Source of the DNA: Dendrobates tinctorius
Lineage: Eukaryota
DNA length: 64,000 nucleotides
Assembly (NCBI RefSeq): GCF_039654945.1
Contig: NW_027361705.1
Span: 25,668,001 to 25,732,000 of the forward strand
Direction: 5' to 3'
Part shown: piece by piece, positions 10,518-22,707 of the stretch
Numbering within the stretch: position 1 is the first letter of the stretch
How the letters are laid out: every line of letters begins with the position of its first letter
The notes under the pieces: model-generated
What the model was told of the DNA's origin: nothing
Databases searched by the model: none
The model's input: the letters and a program-made list of their open reading frames with translations, nothing else
Made by a program: the position numbers and the translations under genes

Positions 10518-11178
10518 CACTGCTCAAAAAAATAAAGAACACTTGAACAGAATATAACTCTAAGTAAGTCAAACTTCTGTGAAATCAAACTCTCCACTTA
10601 GGAAGCAACACTGATTGATTGACAATCAATTTCACATGCTGTTGTGCAAATGGAATAGACAACAGATGGAAATTGTTGACAATTATCAAGACACCCTCCA
10701 TAAAGGAATGGTTCTGCAGGTGGGGACCACAGACCACATCTCGGTACCAATGCTTTCTGGCTGACGTTTTGGTCACTTTTCAATGTTGGTTGTGCTTTCA
10801 CACTTGTGGTAGCATGAGATGGACTCTACAACCCACACAAGTGGCTCAGGTAGTGCAGCTCATCCAGGATGGCACATCAATGCGAGCTGTGGCAAGAAGG
10901 TTTGCTGTGTCTGTCAGCGTAGTGTCCAGAGCCTAGAGGCACTGCCAGGAGATGGGCCAGTACACCAGGAGACGTGGAGGGGGCTGTAGGAGGGCAACAA
11001 CTCAGCAGTAGGACCGCTGCCTCAGCCTTTGTGCAAGGAGCAACAGGAGGAGCTCTGCCAGAGCCCTGCAAAATGACCTCCAGCAGCCCATAAATGTGCA
11101 TGTGTCTGCACAAACGGTTAGTAACCGACTCCATGAGGATGGTCTGAGAGCCTGACGTCCACAGATGGGGGTTGTGCA
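10518..11178 (+). mobile_element. Tc1/mariner element, 5' part, decayed
   Basis: TA|CACTGCTCAAAAAAATAAAG terminus. Transposase N-terminus ...[23 protein letters not shown] is followed by stops. A second copy of the family lies at about 26305-27075 on the minus strand. Confidence 0.85.
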
Positions 11179-11361
11179 TTTTCTTTTTTTTTTTTTTACC
11201 AAATGTGTACTTTANNNNNNNNNNNNNNNNNNNNNNNNNNNNNNNNNNNNNNNNNNNNNNNNNNNNNNNNNNNNNNNNNNNNNNNNNNNNNNNNNNNNNN
11301 NNNNNNNNNNNNNNNNNNNNNNNNNNNNNNNNNNNNNNNNNNTCAGCGATGCCAATTATAT

Positions 11362-11749
11362 TTAAAGCACCACTCCAGAGTTTTTCTTTTATTGCAGCGC
11401 TGGAGTAATGCCAATATGGTTCTTGCCCCTTATACTCCTCAGCTGTTATCTTCATCTGCACCACTCTGGTCAGTCCACAGCAGTTTGTGACCTGCCGGAT
11501 TGCTCCAGTGGTTGCTGTCAATGCAAGTCTTGGAGAGTGATGTTCTGGCTCTCAGACTTGCATTGAGAGCTTGTGACTGCTATTTCTGGACAGTCCGAAG
11601 TTGTGGTCAAGAGATGGCAGAGAAGGAGGGGCGCCAGGAGGACCTGAAGACTGCTGATGGAGAGTATAAAACTAGGTGCAGGTACCTTATGTTAGCACCA
11701 CTCCAGAGCTGCAATAAAAAAAATATAATACGCTGGAGTGGCGCTTTGA
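11362..11749. mobile_element. T2/Kolobok-type MITE
   Basis: Inverted ends TTAAAGCACCACTCCAG ... CTGGAGTGGCGCTTTGA. Confidence 0.65.
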
Positions 11750-12360
11750 TTTTTTTCTTTAAAACTGGGGAAAGGGCAACTTTGATTTACATCTACCCAT
11801 CTTTTTTTAAGTATTTTTTAAACGTTTAATTTTTTACTTTAGTTTTAGTCACTATAGGAGATATTCACCTGTGATTGTGTGATGTCACTTACACTATATA
11901 CTGTAATGCCACAGTATTGCAATATATAGCATAAATGTTAACCCACCCTGTAGCGAGCAACCTGTGCAAGACTTTAAAAGAAAGACAATTGCAAAAAAAA
12001 AAAAATTAAGACCAGTTACAAGTTTAATAAACATGGAAAGCTTCTCGATCAATTTATTTATTTATTTTTTTTTTTTTGTAACACCTTCCTGACATTTGCA
12101 GTGTATATAACTCGCACACACGTCATGGTTGAGAAGGATTTCCCAACCAATGAACTATACATAAGTGATGGGTGATTGCTCACACACAGAAGGCTATGCT
12201 CTCGATCGCCGCCGGGTGTCAGCTGATTCTGACAGCAGACATCCGACACTCGCTGCCAGGAGCAGTGCGATCACCGCTTTTAGAAGGCAGGAAGGGGAAG
12301 AGCCCCCTCTGCCCACCGATTGGCACCCCAGCAACTTCATCTCAGGGGCCTGATCGTTGC

Positions 12361-12826
12361 TGTTACGTGCTACAGAACCACTCAGCACCCAGAATATGTT
12401 GTGCAGTTATATGTATGTATAATAGGTTCTATGTGAGATGCATGTCCCTAATGCATCAGCCCACAGGCTGCGCCCCTGGGCAGAGGGGACACGATATTCT
12501 CCTTTTGTCCACCCTCCCCCCACCTTTGTAATTCCCACAGTAAACATCGGCAGGCTCCGGCCACCTGCGGCTTTTGTAATGCATGTCTGGCCTGCCGCTT
12601 TTCTATTGGCCTGCCCTCTGTATCTGTGTGATATATTCTGTGTCCTGTGAGTAAAGTGTTGTCAGACTGGAAATATGTGGAGAAGCAGTGATCTTTTATA
12701 TGCGCCCATGTAACCAAGGAATTCCAGCCAGCGTCATTCATTCAGACTCCAGCCAACGCAGAGCGGACCTCCGAAAACACTGGGTGGTACTGAAAGAGGT
12801 ACTCCAGCTTGGTACACCCTGTTACA
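12361..12826 (+). mobile_element. Solo LTR (466 bp)
   Basis: Begins TGTTAC and ends GTTACA. A 5-bp TSD GTTGC lies at 12356-12360 and 12827-12831, and an AGTAAA polyA-like signal near 12651. Confidence 0.8.
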
Positions 12827-13369
12827 GTTGCCATAATGATCCGATGTAGTCATGATGAAATCCGGGTCAACAGGCTCTAGAAAACTTAGATACTGCTCAG
12901 TGCACCATCGAACAAGTTTGTGACAGCAGACTGTCAGCTGTAACGCATTGCAATGCATTAGAACTGCGATCAGACTGCGGAAGTGAAAGACCTATAGAGA
13001 GACCAAGTAATAAAAGTGAAACGGAAAAATATATATACTTATACTTTGATAAACTGTAATTTAACTCCATGATACACATCAAAATAAGCAACTTTTAATA
13101 TCTTATCAGAAAAGTCTGTTTTGTTTTTTTTTCTCCTCCTGGACTGATCATTCATTTTGAAAATTCTCAATTCAAGGGTAAAATTTGTATTTGGTGAAGA
13201 CAGATGTTTTTGCACTAAGATGGGAAATGAGCTACTACTGATAAAATTCTATGTGGATCAGAGGGTGCAGGATCTCTGCCTCTAGCTCCTCAACTCCTTC
13301 CCTCTTAGTAGAATTTTATTTTTAGAGCACCATTGACTTCAAGATTGCGTTCTTGACAAGGGGTTACAT

Positions 13370-13580
13370 TTATAATACGATGAATAAACTAATAGTGAAA
13401 GACAGGTACAGAAGACCCTTCCCTTGCGGGCTTACAGTCAACAGGATAATGGTGAAAGAGACAGTAGGTTGAGGGTTGTGGCATCTCTGACGGTGGCGAG
13501 ATGGCAGCATGGTCATTTCAGGCTGTAAGCTTTCTTGAAGGGATGGGTTTTCATGTTCAGTCAGTTCCTGAAGGGTTCAG
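13370..13580 (-). mobile_element. L2/CR1-clade LINE 3' fragment
   Basis: The minus strand encodes the ORF2 C-terminal motif ..KTHPFKKAYSL, followed by a 3' tail containing GTAAGCCCGCAAGGG. Confidence 0.6.
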
Positions 13581-15147
13581 GCTAAGTGCCACGTTGCAGA
13601 AATGCTGCGGAAATGTCTGCAGCATTTCCGCAAGTCCCTGCCATGGGTAAAACGCATGCGGAATTCGCATGCGTTTTGCAAGCGTTTTTAGCGTGCGGAA
13701 TGTTTGCTCTTTCCAAGCGATTCGAAGCATCGCTTGGAAAGGTAATTGACAGGTTGGTCACACTTGTTAAACATAGTGCTTAACAAGTGTGACCAACTTT
13801 TTACTGTTAATCCTGCCTATGCAGCATCAGTAGTAAAAGATAGGATGTTAAAAATAATAAAAAATAAAAATATGGTTATTCTCACCTTCCGACGGCTCCC
13901 GGTACGTTCCGTTCCCAGGGATGCTTTGTGCGAAGGACCTTTGTGACGTCACGCTCGCGAGACCGCAACATCATCTCAGGTGATTTGCGCAATGCATCCC
14001 TGGGACCTAGAGGAATATGGTACCCAGGGCATGAAGGAGAGTCTCCTCACCTCCAGACCTGGAGAAAACTATTGAAGCATGCAAAAAGTAAAAAAAAGTG
14101 TAAAGAACCTAGTCATGTTTGGTGTCTATGAACTCATAATGACATGGAGAATCATTAGGCATGTTTTAGCATTTCGTGAACATGGTGGGGAAAAAACCCA
14201 AAACAAAAACCAAATGTGGGATTGCATTTTTTTTTTTTTGCAATTTTACTGCACTCGGATTTTTTTTCCCATTTTTGATTACACAATGTTATAACCCATG
14301 TTGTCATTCAAAAGTACAACTCATCCCGCAAAAAAACAAGCCCTCACATGGTGATATTGACCAAAAAATAAAAAAGTTACGGCTCTGGGAAGAAGGGGAG
14401 CAATAAACGAAAATGGGCTCCAGTGCGAAGGGGTTAAGGCCTCTGGTTTGCCATGGCAATCCATCAACACCCCATGATGGTGCTACAGATACGAGGGCAA
14501 TGGGGAGGACCTTTCCCTTTCAGACACCTTAGATTCCATGGTCCCTATTGACCAAGGCACTGTCAAAAGGACTTATGCGGCGCATTCCTGCTTACCCAAT
14601 GCTAAAGATAGGGTACGCAGGTCGCATGCAGCTTCATGCGCCCATAGGCGGAGCTAACAGGAGGAGGCATGGCCAGGGGCGGAGCTTAGCGGTGGCCGTG
14701 CGCAGACCCACGCAGGTCTGTGCAACGCAAATGTAAAACCAGCCTAAGAGGGAACTACATATATAACGGTGGGCTTACTCTGTGGATGACCCATGTACAG
14801 CTAGTCTGTCCAATCATCCCTTTCACCTGTATCCATCATGGTGCTTGCAAGTAACACTTCACCACAGTGTGTATGTGAGCATAGAGACAAATTCAGGTAG
14901 GGGTTAAACTTGTACGTAAGAAGCATTTTGCAGTATATGGATTCAATGGCAGGAAAAAAACGTGAAGAGAACCTCTGGAGATATTCTGAGCTTTACATGT
15001 GCATGTATACCAACCTACCTTATTGCAGTCTTGTAAAATGCTAATGTTTTTCCAGAAAATTGTTTTATGCAACTATATTGTATTTGGGTAATGGATACTC
15101 TATGGAAACAGTAATTTTTTTTTTTATTTTTTTTTTGTTTTTTTCAG

Positions 15148-15267
15148 GTAGAAGAGGCTTCTTTACAGATTTCTTTTTGATGTAGTCGGGACACCCTGTA
15201 ATGGGCCAGAAGCTGAAGCAACTAAGAATTGTTTTATTTTCTTAACATTTTTAGCTAATTTTAGCAG
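15148..15267 (+). other. Candidate non-coding 5'-UTR exon of PPP6R3 (120 nt)
   Basis: A long T-tract with CAG acceptor precedes 15148, and a strong CAG|GTAAGA donor follows 15267. The sequence appears unique. Confidence 0.45.
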
Positions 15268-17428
15268 GTAAGAAAGACGTATCCTGGATTACATACTTTT
15301 ACTTTTTGTCCCACAGGTGGGGGAGGGACTGTTTTTTTAACCACAGCTATATAACCTGTAAATATATCTCTTGCAGCAGGTATGTTAATGCAGCCATCTT
15401 CCCCCTTATTATGGTTGCTGACTAAAGATGAGTGGTAGTGTTTACCACCCTCCTTCTCTTCCTTTCATAGCATGTGTTTTTTCCATGCATTAACCAGTTT
15501 CCATTCCTTTACAACAGTAACCCCTATGTGTGACTCACCTGTACATGTAACTCCATTTTCATTGCATTTTAATTTTTATTTGCATAGTAACCACGAGATG
15601 CTACTTCCTTGGGTACAATCAGTAGTGGTGTTGGTGTCCCCATATTTAACCCCTAGGTAAAATGCTGTACTGGCACCAAATACTCAGCTTTAGATTACCA
15701 GTAAACTTTATAGTTGTCCAATAATCAAATACGATCTAACTACAGGATGGTTGATAAATGTATGATTGTTGAGATCCTCAGTCCTGTGTGGATAAAATGG
15801 TAGTGAGCATGTGCGACCACTGCTATGCTTAGTCTTGAGTGGTAATCGCACATGTTGCTTTCTCATAAGTGACTTTGGGCCTCCCGATCTCTGGATTGGT
15901 CGAAGTCTCAGCAGCCAAAACTCCAACAATCATGTTCTCATCTATTCTGTAGATACGTGGAATATGTTTAGTTGGCAACCCTAAACTGGAGGCCCTCCTA
16001 CATAAAACTTTAAGTAAAGCTGTCTGGGCACTGTTACATGAGGTAAATCAATACTTGACAAAATGTTTTCTGCCATTATGGATAAATCCGGTCAAAGGTA
16101 TACACTAATTCTCTGCAAGTGCATTGGGGCATGTCACAGCACTTGCAGCTCTTCGGCCTTCACAATTTCTTGCCAAGCACCTTCATTTAATGGATCAGTT
16201 CAACTTCTGTCATTTGCCGTCCTTTGCACAAGTGCAGTTATTGCCTGGAATGGTACACACGCGGTATGGTTTGGACTGACTTGTTAGTCAAATTCCAGAG
16301 GCGGGCACCCAGCGGGGCAAAGGAGTGAGGGCCGTAGAGCTGGAAGTGCTTTGAGACGCCCAACTCTCTTACAGCTGACTTGTATATAACTTCAGCCCTT
16401 GCTTTCTAAATGACGTATCAGATTACTCAGGGTAACAGCACCTATGCTGCCAAACATTCATAGTTTTAGAAAGAACTTTCTCCTGACAGGTTTCCTTCTA
16501 AGCTAGGCTTCACCTTGTAGCTACTCTTCTTACCAGTTTCTAATTTTTTTATCCCGCAGTTTCCTCATGTACTTGGATTACTGAAAACGCTCCTTTTAAA
16601 CTGCAGTAGGCTTTGTTCCAAATGCGCAAAATAAGTGTTCCTCCAATGTAAAGATCTTTTGGTTTACCCAAAAAGATTGTTGTTTTTGGTAGCGCATCAT
16701 CCTGTGTAAACAGGACTCGCGCTGTTAAGCATTATGGCAGGCTATGCGCACTGATCAGTCTTTACAGTCCGACGCCAGTTCAGATGCGCACTGAATGATC
16801 GGCAAACTGGCTAGTAAACTACCGCCATACATGTCGCCAGTCAGCTCTCGTTTAGCGGTGCAGTGTAAACCGTCAGTCTAATTATGTTTTATTGTAAGTC
16901 TTTGAGGACCTTTAAAGTGACCGCATACTCTGGCTCTAGCAGGGCTTGATACAATGGAGATGCCGTTGCCCAAATGCAATAAAGCCTTTTTAATTAAGCC
17001 ATTTTGCATTGTAACTTCATTTTTAGTTTTTTTGTGACAATAAAAACTTTGATTTCAAAAGTGGTCATAACCTTTGCAATTGTTCATTATCCGGTTGTGA
17101 TAAGTCCGCTCACTTGCCTTCAATCAATGCACTGTTCAGCATCCCAACTCCATAACAAACAGTACACAATTTGAATAAACACACCATGTAATACAAAAAA
17201 CCCTGTTTATTCCAGTGTTAAAGGGAACCTGGCAGCCGATCCACAGATGGCAATTATCAGACGCTATATGATGTCAGCCATTCGTTTTAGACTCTGAAAC
17301 GCTGTGGCGTTCCAAACCTCATATGATACCTGGGTATGCAGGTATTCTAATATCCAATTAACTGTTGCCATATACCATGTGATGTTTTTAATAATTCTGG
17401 AATGAACAGATTTAATTTTTTAATGTGC

Positions 17429-17996
17429 TTAAAGGGAACCGGTCACCCCCACCTGGAGTTTTTAAGTAAAAGAGCCACCTTGTGCAGCACTAATGCTGCA
17501 TTCTGTCAAGGTGGCTTTTATTTGGCGTCCCTTCCACCACATAAGAGTTTTTTTTAAATTTGTCTGACATACCAGAAGTTTGACCGGGTGGCAGGTCTTT
17601 CCCCCTCGGACACAGTCGCCTCACATCCATCAGTCATGTCCTCCTTTTGAATTTGGCGCCACCTCCTCAGCGTTCATTTCATTTCCTTGGGTCTGCGCTG
17701 TAATATCTTGGGCATGCGCAGTTAACGCTGCCCGTCCTCTGACATCACATGATGTCTGAGCTATCGCGCCTGCATGGACGCGAAGGAATCGTCAGCTCAT
17801 CCCTAATTGACGATTCCTCCTATGACGCTGCACAGTAGGAAAGAGGTGGAGGGATTTGAGGGAGAGCTGCAGAGAACTACTGCGCATGCCCATGATTCCC
17901 AGACCCGCAGTGTGAATAAATCAGAGGAGACTGCAGAGCGGGATCTCTGGTCACGTGTCCACGCAACGCTTGGGTTGGGGTGACAGGTTCCCTTTA
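17429..17996. mobile_element. T2/Kolobok-type MITE
   Basis: TTAAAGGGAACCGGTCACCCC ... GGGGTGACAGGTTCCCTTTA. Confidence 0.8.
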
Positions 17997-19697
17997 TATA
18001 TGCTGAAATTTTAGACTCTCTGTATTAAGAAATTGCTGTGCAAACAATTCCCAAGTAACTGGTTGTAGCTTCTGAGTGAAGATTCACTTTATAAAAATCT
18101 GGTACCTTTTTCATCGTGCTTCTTTTCACAGTCTTGTTTTTCCTTATTCCAAAGGACCCAGCTTTCAGTTGGAATTTGATGGACTAATCTTTGCCTCCAC
18201 CTGCCCCCGTTGAATGAATGAGAACCCCCTAATGTCATCTTGCCTCGAAGAATCATTCTGACCTTTCACAGTAACATGTTTGCAGCAGTACGAGCAGTTT
18301 TCATTTTATGTTATGTTTGTGCATATTGTATTACATGTAGATGGTGAATACATGACTGACTTGTTTTGTATCCCGTAATTTAGGTACTTCACAATCATTC
18401 TTTTCCTAGCTGCATGCTAATAATGGATATTGCTCCAAAATTTCTGAAACATTTTGAATCGATGGCTTTCCCAATTATTGTATTTGTCCTACTTGCTGAT
18501 GTATAGCCAACAGCTTTTGATCTGTGATATGTCATATAATTGAGAGAGAGGCAATGTTTTACATATTGCCTGTTTCCGGTAATATTGGTCGATGTACTCT
18601 AGCTATGGTAGGTGCCACTCAACCTAACTTTTAGGCCGTCTTCACACAGTGCAATTGTGCTGCGTGGTTGTTGGTTTTTTTTTTTTTGTGTGTGTGCAAT
18701 TTTAGAAAATTGCAGCAATAAAATGCAGCTTCTGTACATTTTGTGAAGACAGCCTTATGGGATGTACTCCTGCTTTTCAGTATAAGTGATATTTGTCTGG
18801 GAGTTATTTGGTTTATCATTTTTTTTTTAATTTCTGGTGTCTGTAATCCCTCTTTGGAGCTACTATAAGCTAGTCATGCTAATGTAGTGTTCCCCGCTGA
18901 GCACCGTCGGAGTTTGTCTGAACCACAGAAAAACCAGATTGGGAACCCTGACTGAGCCATTCACTTCAATGAGGGAGGCCGCTGGAGTCACTGTGGACTT
19001 GTCTGGCCTTCATCCTGGCAGTATTGCACTTTCTCAGACTCGCACAAAAATATTACAGACTATGTTTTCATGCTGATAAAGCAAAATATTGCCAGGACGG
19101 AGGCCAGAAAGTGTTTACCACTATTCCATCAGCCTCATTGAAGTGTTCGGAGTCCTGCTTTTTGGGATTTCAGCAGAAACCCCCAATGTAGTGCTCATCA
19201 TCCCCACTGATCGTCTGTTACCAGCTTTTGTGTCTTTTGTATGTGAACTGTACACGAACCCATGGCGGGCCCGCTCCGTGCACTGTTAACGTTGGCTGCT
19301 CCTATAGTTGATTACAACTGATTGGTGAGGATGCTGAGCATTCACCCACCAATGTTACATTGACGGCTTATCTTTTTGGATAGATCATCAATATGAGTGT
19401 AGTGGGAAACCCTTGTGAGAGTGGCTTCATTGACAATAAGCGGATCATCAAGTGTCTGCCTGCTTGGATTAGTTGCCATCTTTGGGGAACAGTGATGTAC
19501 AGGCTGGCCATGGGCTTCCTGTCCCAAACTCAACAGCCAATTGTCCCTTTGAGGCTGTCAAGCTCTGGTCAAGGGATCTGGGTCCAGTCCTTGCATAAGT
19601 CATACGCTGATCTTGCTTCATGGATGTCTGAATGCTTTGAGTATTTCATTTGAGTATTCATTGTCCCTACAGTGTCTTCGCATTGGAAATAAATCTA

Positions 19698-20581
19698 CCG
19701 TATATACTCGTGTACAAGCAGACAGCCCCCCCAATTTTGCACAAAAAACTGGGAAAACTTATTGACTCACATATAAGCCTAGGGTGGAAAGTGCAGCAGC
19801 TACTGGTAAATTTAAAAAATAAAAATAGATACCAATAAAAGTAAAATTGAGACATCAGTAGGTTAAATGTTTTTGTATATACATATTGAAGCAGGAGCCC
19901 CATATAATGCTTCATACAGTTCATGATGGCGCGATAAGATGCTCCATACAAAATACACCCCGTATAATGCTGCACAAAGGTTAATAATGGCCCCATAAGA
20001 TGCCCCATATGCTGCTCCATAAATGTTATGGCACCATAATATGCTCCATAGATTATGCCCCCATAAAATGCCCCATAGATTATGCTGCCCCTGCAAAAAA
20101 ATGACATATTAGCCTCTCCGTCGCTGGGGTCCAGGTGCCGGTGTCAATGCTGGCTCAGGGCCCCGGCACCTGAGATATTCACCTGTCCCCGGTCCAACGC
20201 TGCTTGCCGCTGTCTGCCGCGTCCTCTGTCACTGACTGCTCAGGCAGCAGAGGGCGCGGTGCACACTAACTACGTCACCGCGCCCTCTGCTGTCTGAACG
20301 TCTCTGACAGAGGGACCCGGCAGACAGCGGCGAGCAGCATTGGAACGGGGACAGGTGAATATTGCATATACTTACCCCTCCTGGCACAGTCTCTGCAGCC
20401 CCGCTTCTCCCACAGTCTCCCTTCCTGCAGCGGTCATGTGGTACTGCTCATTAAAGTCATGAATATGTGCATATTCATAACTTTAATGAGCGGTACCACA
20501 TGTCCACTGAAGGAAGGGAGACCGTGGGAGGGGGGGGTCAAAATGGGCTGAAAATCTCTGCTTGTGCACGAGTATATACGA
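19698..20581. mobile_element. Non-autonomous Tc1/mariner-superfamily element (TA TSD)
   Basis: TA|CCGTATATACTCGTGTACAAGC ... GCTTGTGCACGAGTATATACGA|TA, with an internal degenerate CCCCATA minisatellite and inverted repeats. Confidence 0.8.
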
Positions 20582-21440
20582 TATATTGGACTTTTACAAG
20601 ATTAAATTACTATAATTTTATTATAATAATTTCTTATAGGTTTGTCCAGGATGGCAATTTATAAAACTTTGCAAAACGCTTTATTAGGGGATTTGTCGCC
20701 TTCATTCCTATGTTTAAAAAGAAAAAAAAGTCAGTTCCTAACCCCTGCTTTTTCCCATCCCCATGACAGCACCGCAGACATGAGAGAGATGGTATCCGCC
20801 CCCAGGAAACAGGAAACCTGTAGCAGAGACATAAGAAGGAGGCGGCACCTCTCTTCCTCAGTTTGGTTTCCTGTTTCTTGCAGGCGGATGCCTGGGGCAG
20901 AGTCCGTACCTCCGGAGGGATCCCCCTCTGATGTCGTCCGTCAGGAGGCCAAGGTCCGCGGGGAGAGGATGGCAGCGAGGCGCGGTGGCGCGCGTCTGTC
21001 AGCCCAGCTCGGTGGGCGCTGTGAGCGATGTCCTCCTCGTGAGACTCCCCGGCGGCCGCTCCAGTGGGAGGCTGGGTCGGGGGAGGCGTGGCCACCACGA
21101 CGCTGGCGCCGACTGAGTGGCGACTGCTTCCGGGGTCGCACTGGAAGTGACATCACACGCCGGATGAGCGGTGTACTGGGCACTTCTGGGCGGGAGCGGT
21201 CCCAGAAGCGCGCACCGCTCCTCCATAAAAAGGGAGGCAAGGCAGGTGCCACTGGTCCCTGATAGGCTGCACACAGGCTCCGGAGTTGTAGAGCCAGATC
21301 AGCAGCAGAGCGCAGATGGATCCTGAAGGCGAGATGCGTGCGCAGGAGGAAGAGCTTACCGGGGTACCCAGAGGGCTGGGTCAGTGCCTTTGTAAGGCAG
21401 CACAATATATTAACAACTGCCCTATGTATGTCTTCTGTAG

Positions 21441-22548
21441 GGAAAGGCCACATCAAAGCAAAAGAACAAGGAATGTGCACTATGCAAAAAGGCCGTAGCT
21501 AAAACTTATGAGAAGCGACTTTGTCGCTCGTGCATTAAAAAAACAGTGGCTGAAGAGTCACCATCCCTGCTCCAGAGCATTAAAACTATGATCCGGGATC
21601 AAGTAGAGTCGACGGTAAAAGATGAATTAAAGGAGCAGACTACACTTGGCTCCGATATAACTCCTGCTTCACCCCTGCCCCCACCTCCTCCTCTCCCTCC
21701 CACAGAAATAACTACAGACATAGAGTCTGAGGAAGAACAAGGGGAGATAGGGCCCTCGGACCTGGACTCCTCGGACGAGGAAAAGGGTCGTCCATATTTC
21801 CTATCTGAGGCCATTGGGAAACTACTAAAGCTTGTAAGGTCCACAATGGGACTTGAAACACCAAAAGAGCCAAAGTCAATTCACGATGCTATGTTTAGCA
21901 ATCTTGAGGGGAAAAAACGAAGGGTTTTTTCCCTTCCATGATAACCTGTTAAATTTGATCAAGAGGGAATGGAAGAAACCCAACAAAAAAATGTCCATAC
22001 CGCAGGCGCTCAAACTTAAATACCCGTTTGATGAGGAGGTATGCGATAAATGGGAAAAAGCTCCCAGACTAGATGCCGCCATTGCTAGTACATCCAGGGG
22101 AATAGCATTGCCATTTGAGGACATGGGTGCCTTAAAAGATCCCCTTGACATGAAAGCAGACGCTTTTCTAAAATCTGCTTGGGAAGCATCGGCTTGGTCA
22201 TTTAAGCCAGGGGTGGCCGCCACTTGTACAGCGCGTGCTATGGTCAAGTGGTTAGACGAATTAAGTGACCAAATTAAGAATAAATGCCCAAGGGAGACAC
22301 TGCTGGAGGCAATACCTTCCCTACAGAAGGCTGCGGGATTCCTGGCTGACGCCGCAGTAGATTCCGTCCGAGGTGCTGCCCGTGCATGCGCCCTTTCAAA
22401 TTCAGGCCGCAGACTGGTCGGCAGACTTCCAGTCAAAGGTTAAACTCTCTGCGCCGTCCTGTGTGAGGGTCAATACCTGAAAGCATTGGACGAAATTTTA
22501 GAAAAAGCATCAGATAAGAAAAGCGGTTTCCACCCCCCCCTTCCCTAG
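21441..22548 (+). pseudogene. DIRS A gag-like ORF1, frameshifted
   Basis: CALC-x12-CRSC zinc finger, then ..KYPF..KWEKAPRLDAAI..LKDPLDMKAD.. spread over ORFs 21546 and 21853. Confidence 0.75.
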
Positions 22549-22707
22549 GCGTCTGTGGACTGAAGCTCGCTCGTCCTTTCGTGGAGCAGGGAACAGAGGG
22601 AGCCGAGGGCGGCCAGATGATAGAACCACGCAGGGCAGACCCTGGAGGGGAAAAGAGAAAAAGGATTCCTCTTTAGTAAAACCACCCCGAGACCCGATAC
22701 TAAGCAA

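Noticed and set aside
15279-15288. GTATCCTG resembling a U12 5' splice site
   Set aside because: It mismatches the GTATCCTT consensus and no U12 branch site partner was identified.
17255-17312. Degenerate hammerhead-like string (ATGATGT...GAAACGCTGT)
   Set aside because: The core lacks CUGANGA and stem II does not pair convincingly.
20634-21480. GC-rich ORFs of 150-200 aa, also at 55466-56361
   Set aside because: They lie in CpG-rich DIRS leader regions, show no recognisable domains, and are open on both strands because stops are rare.
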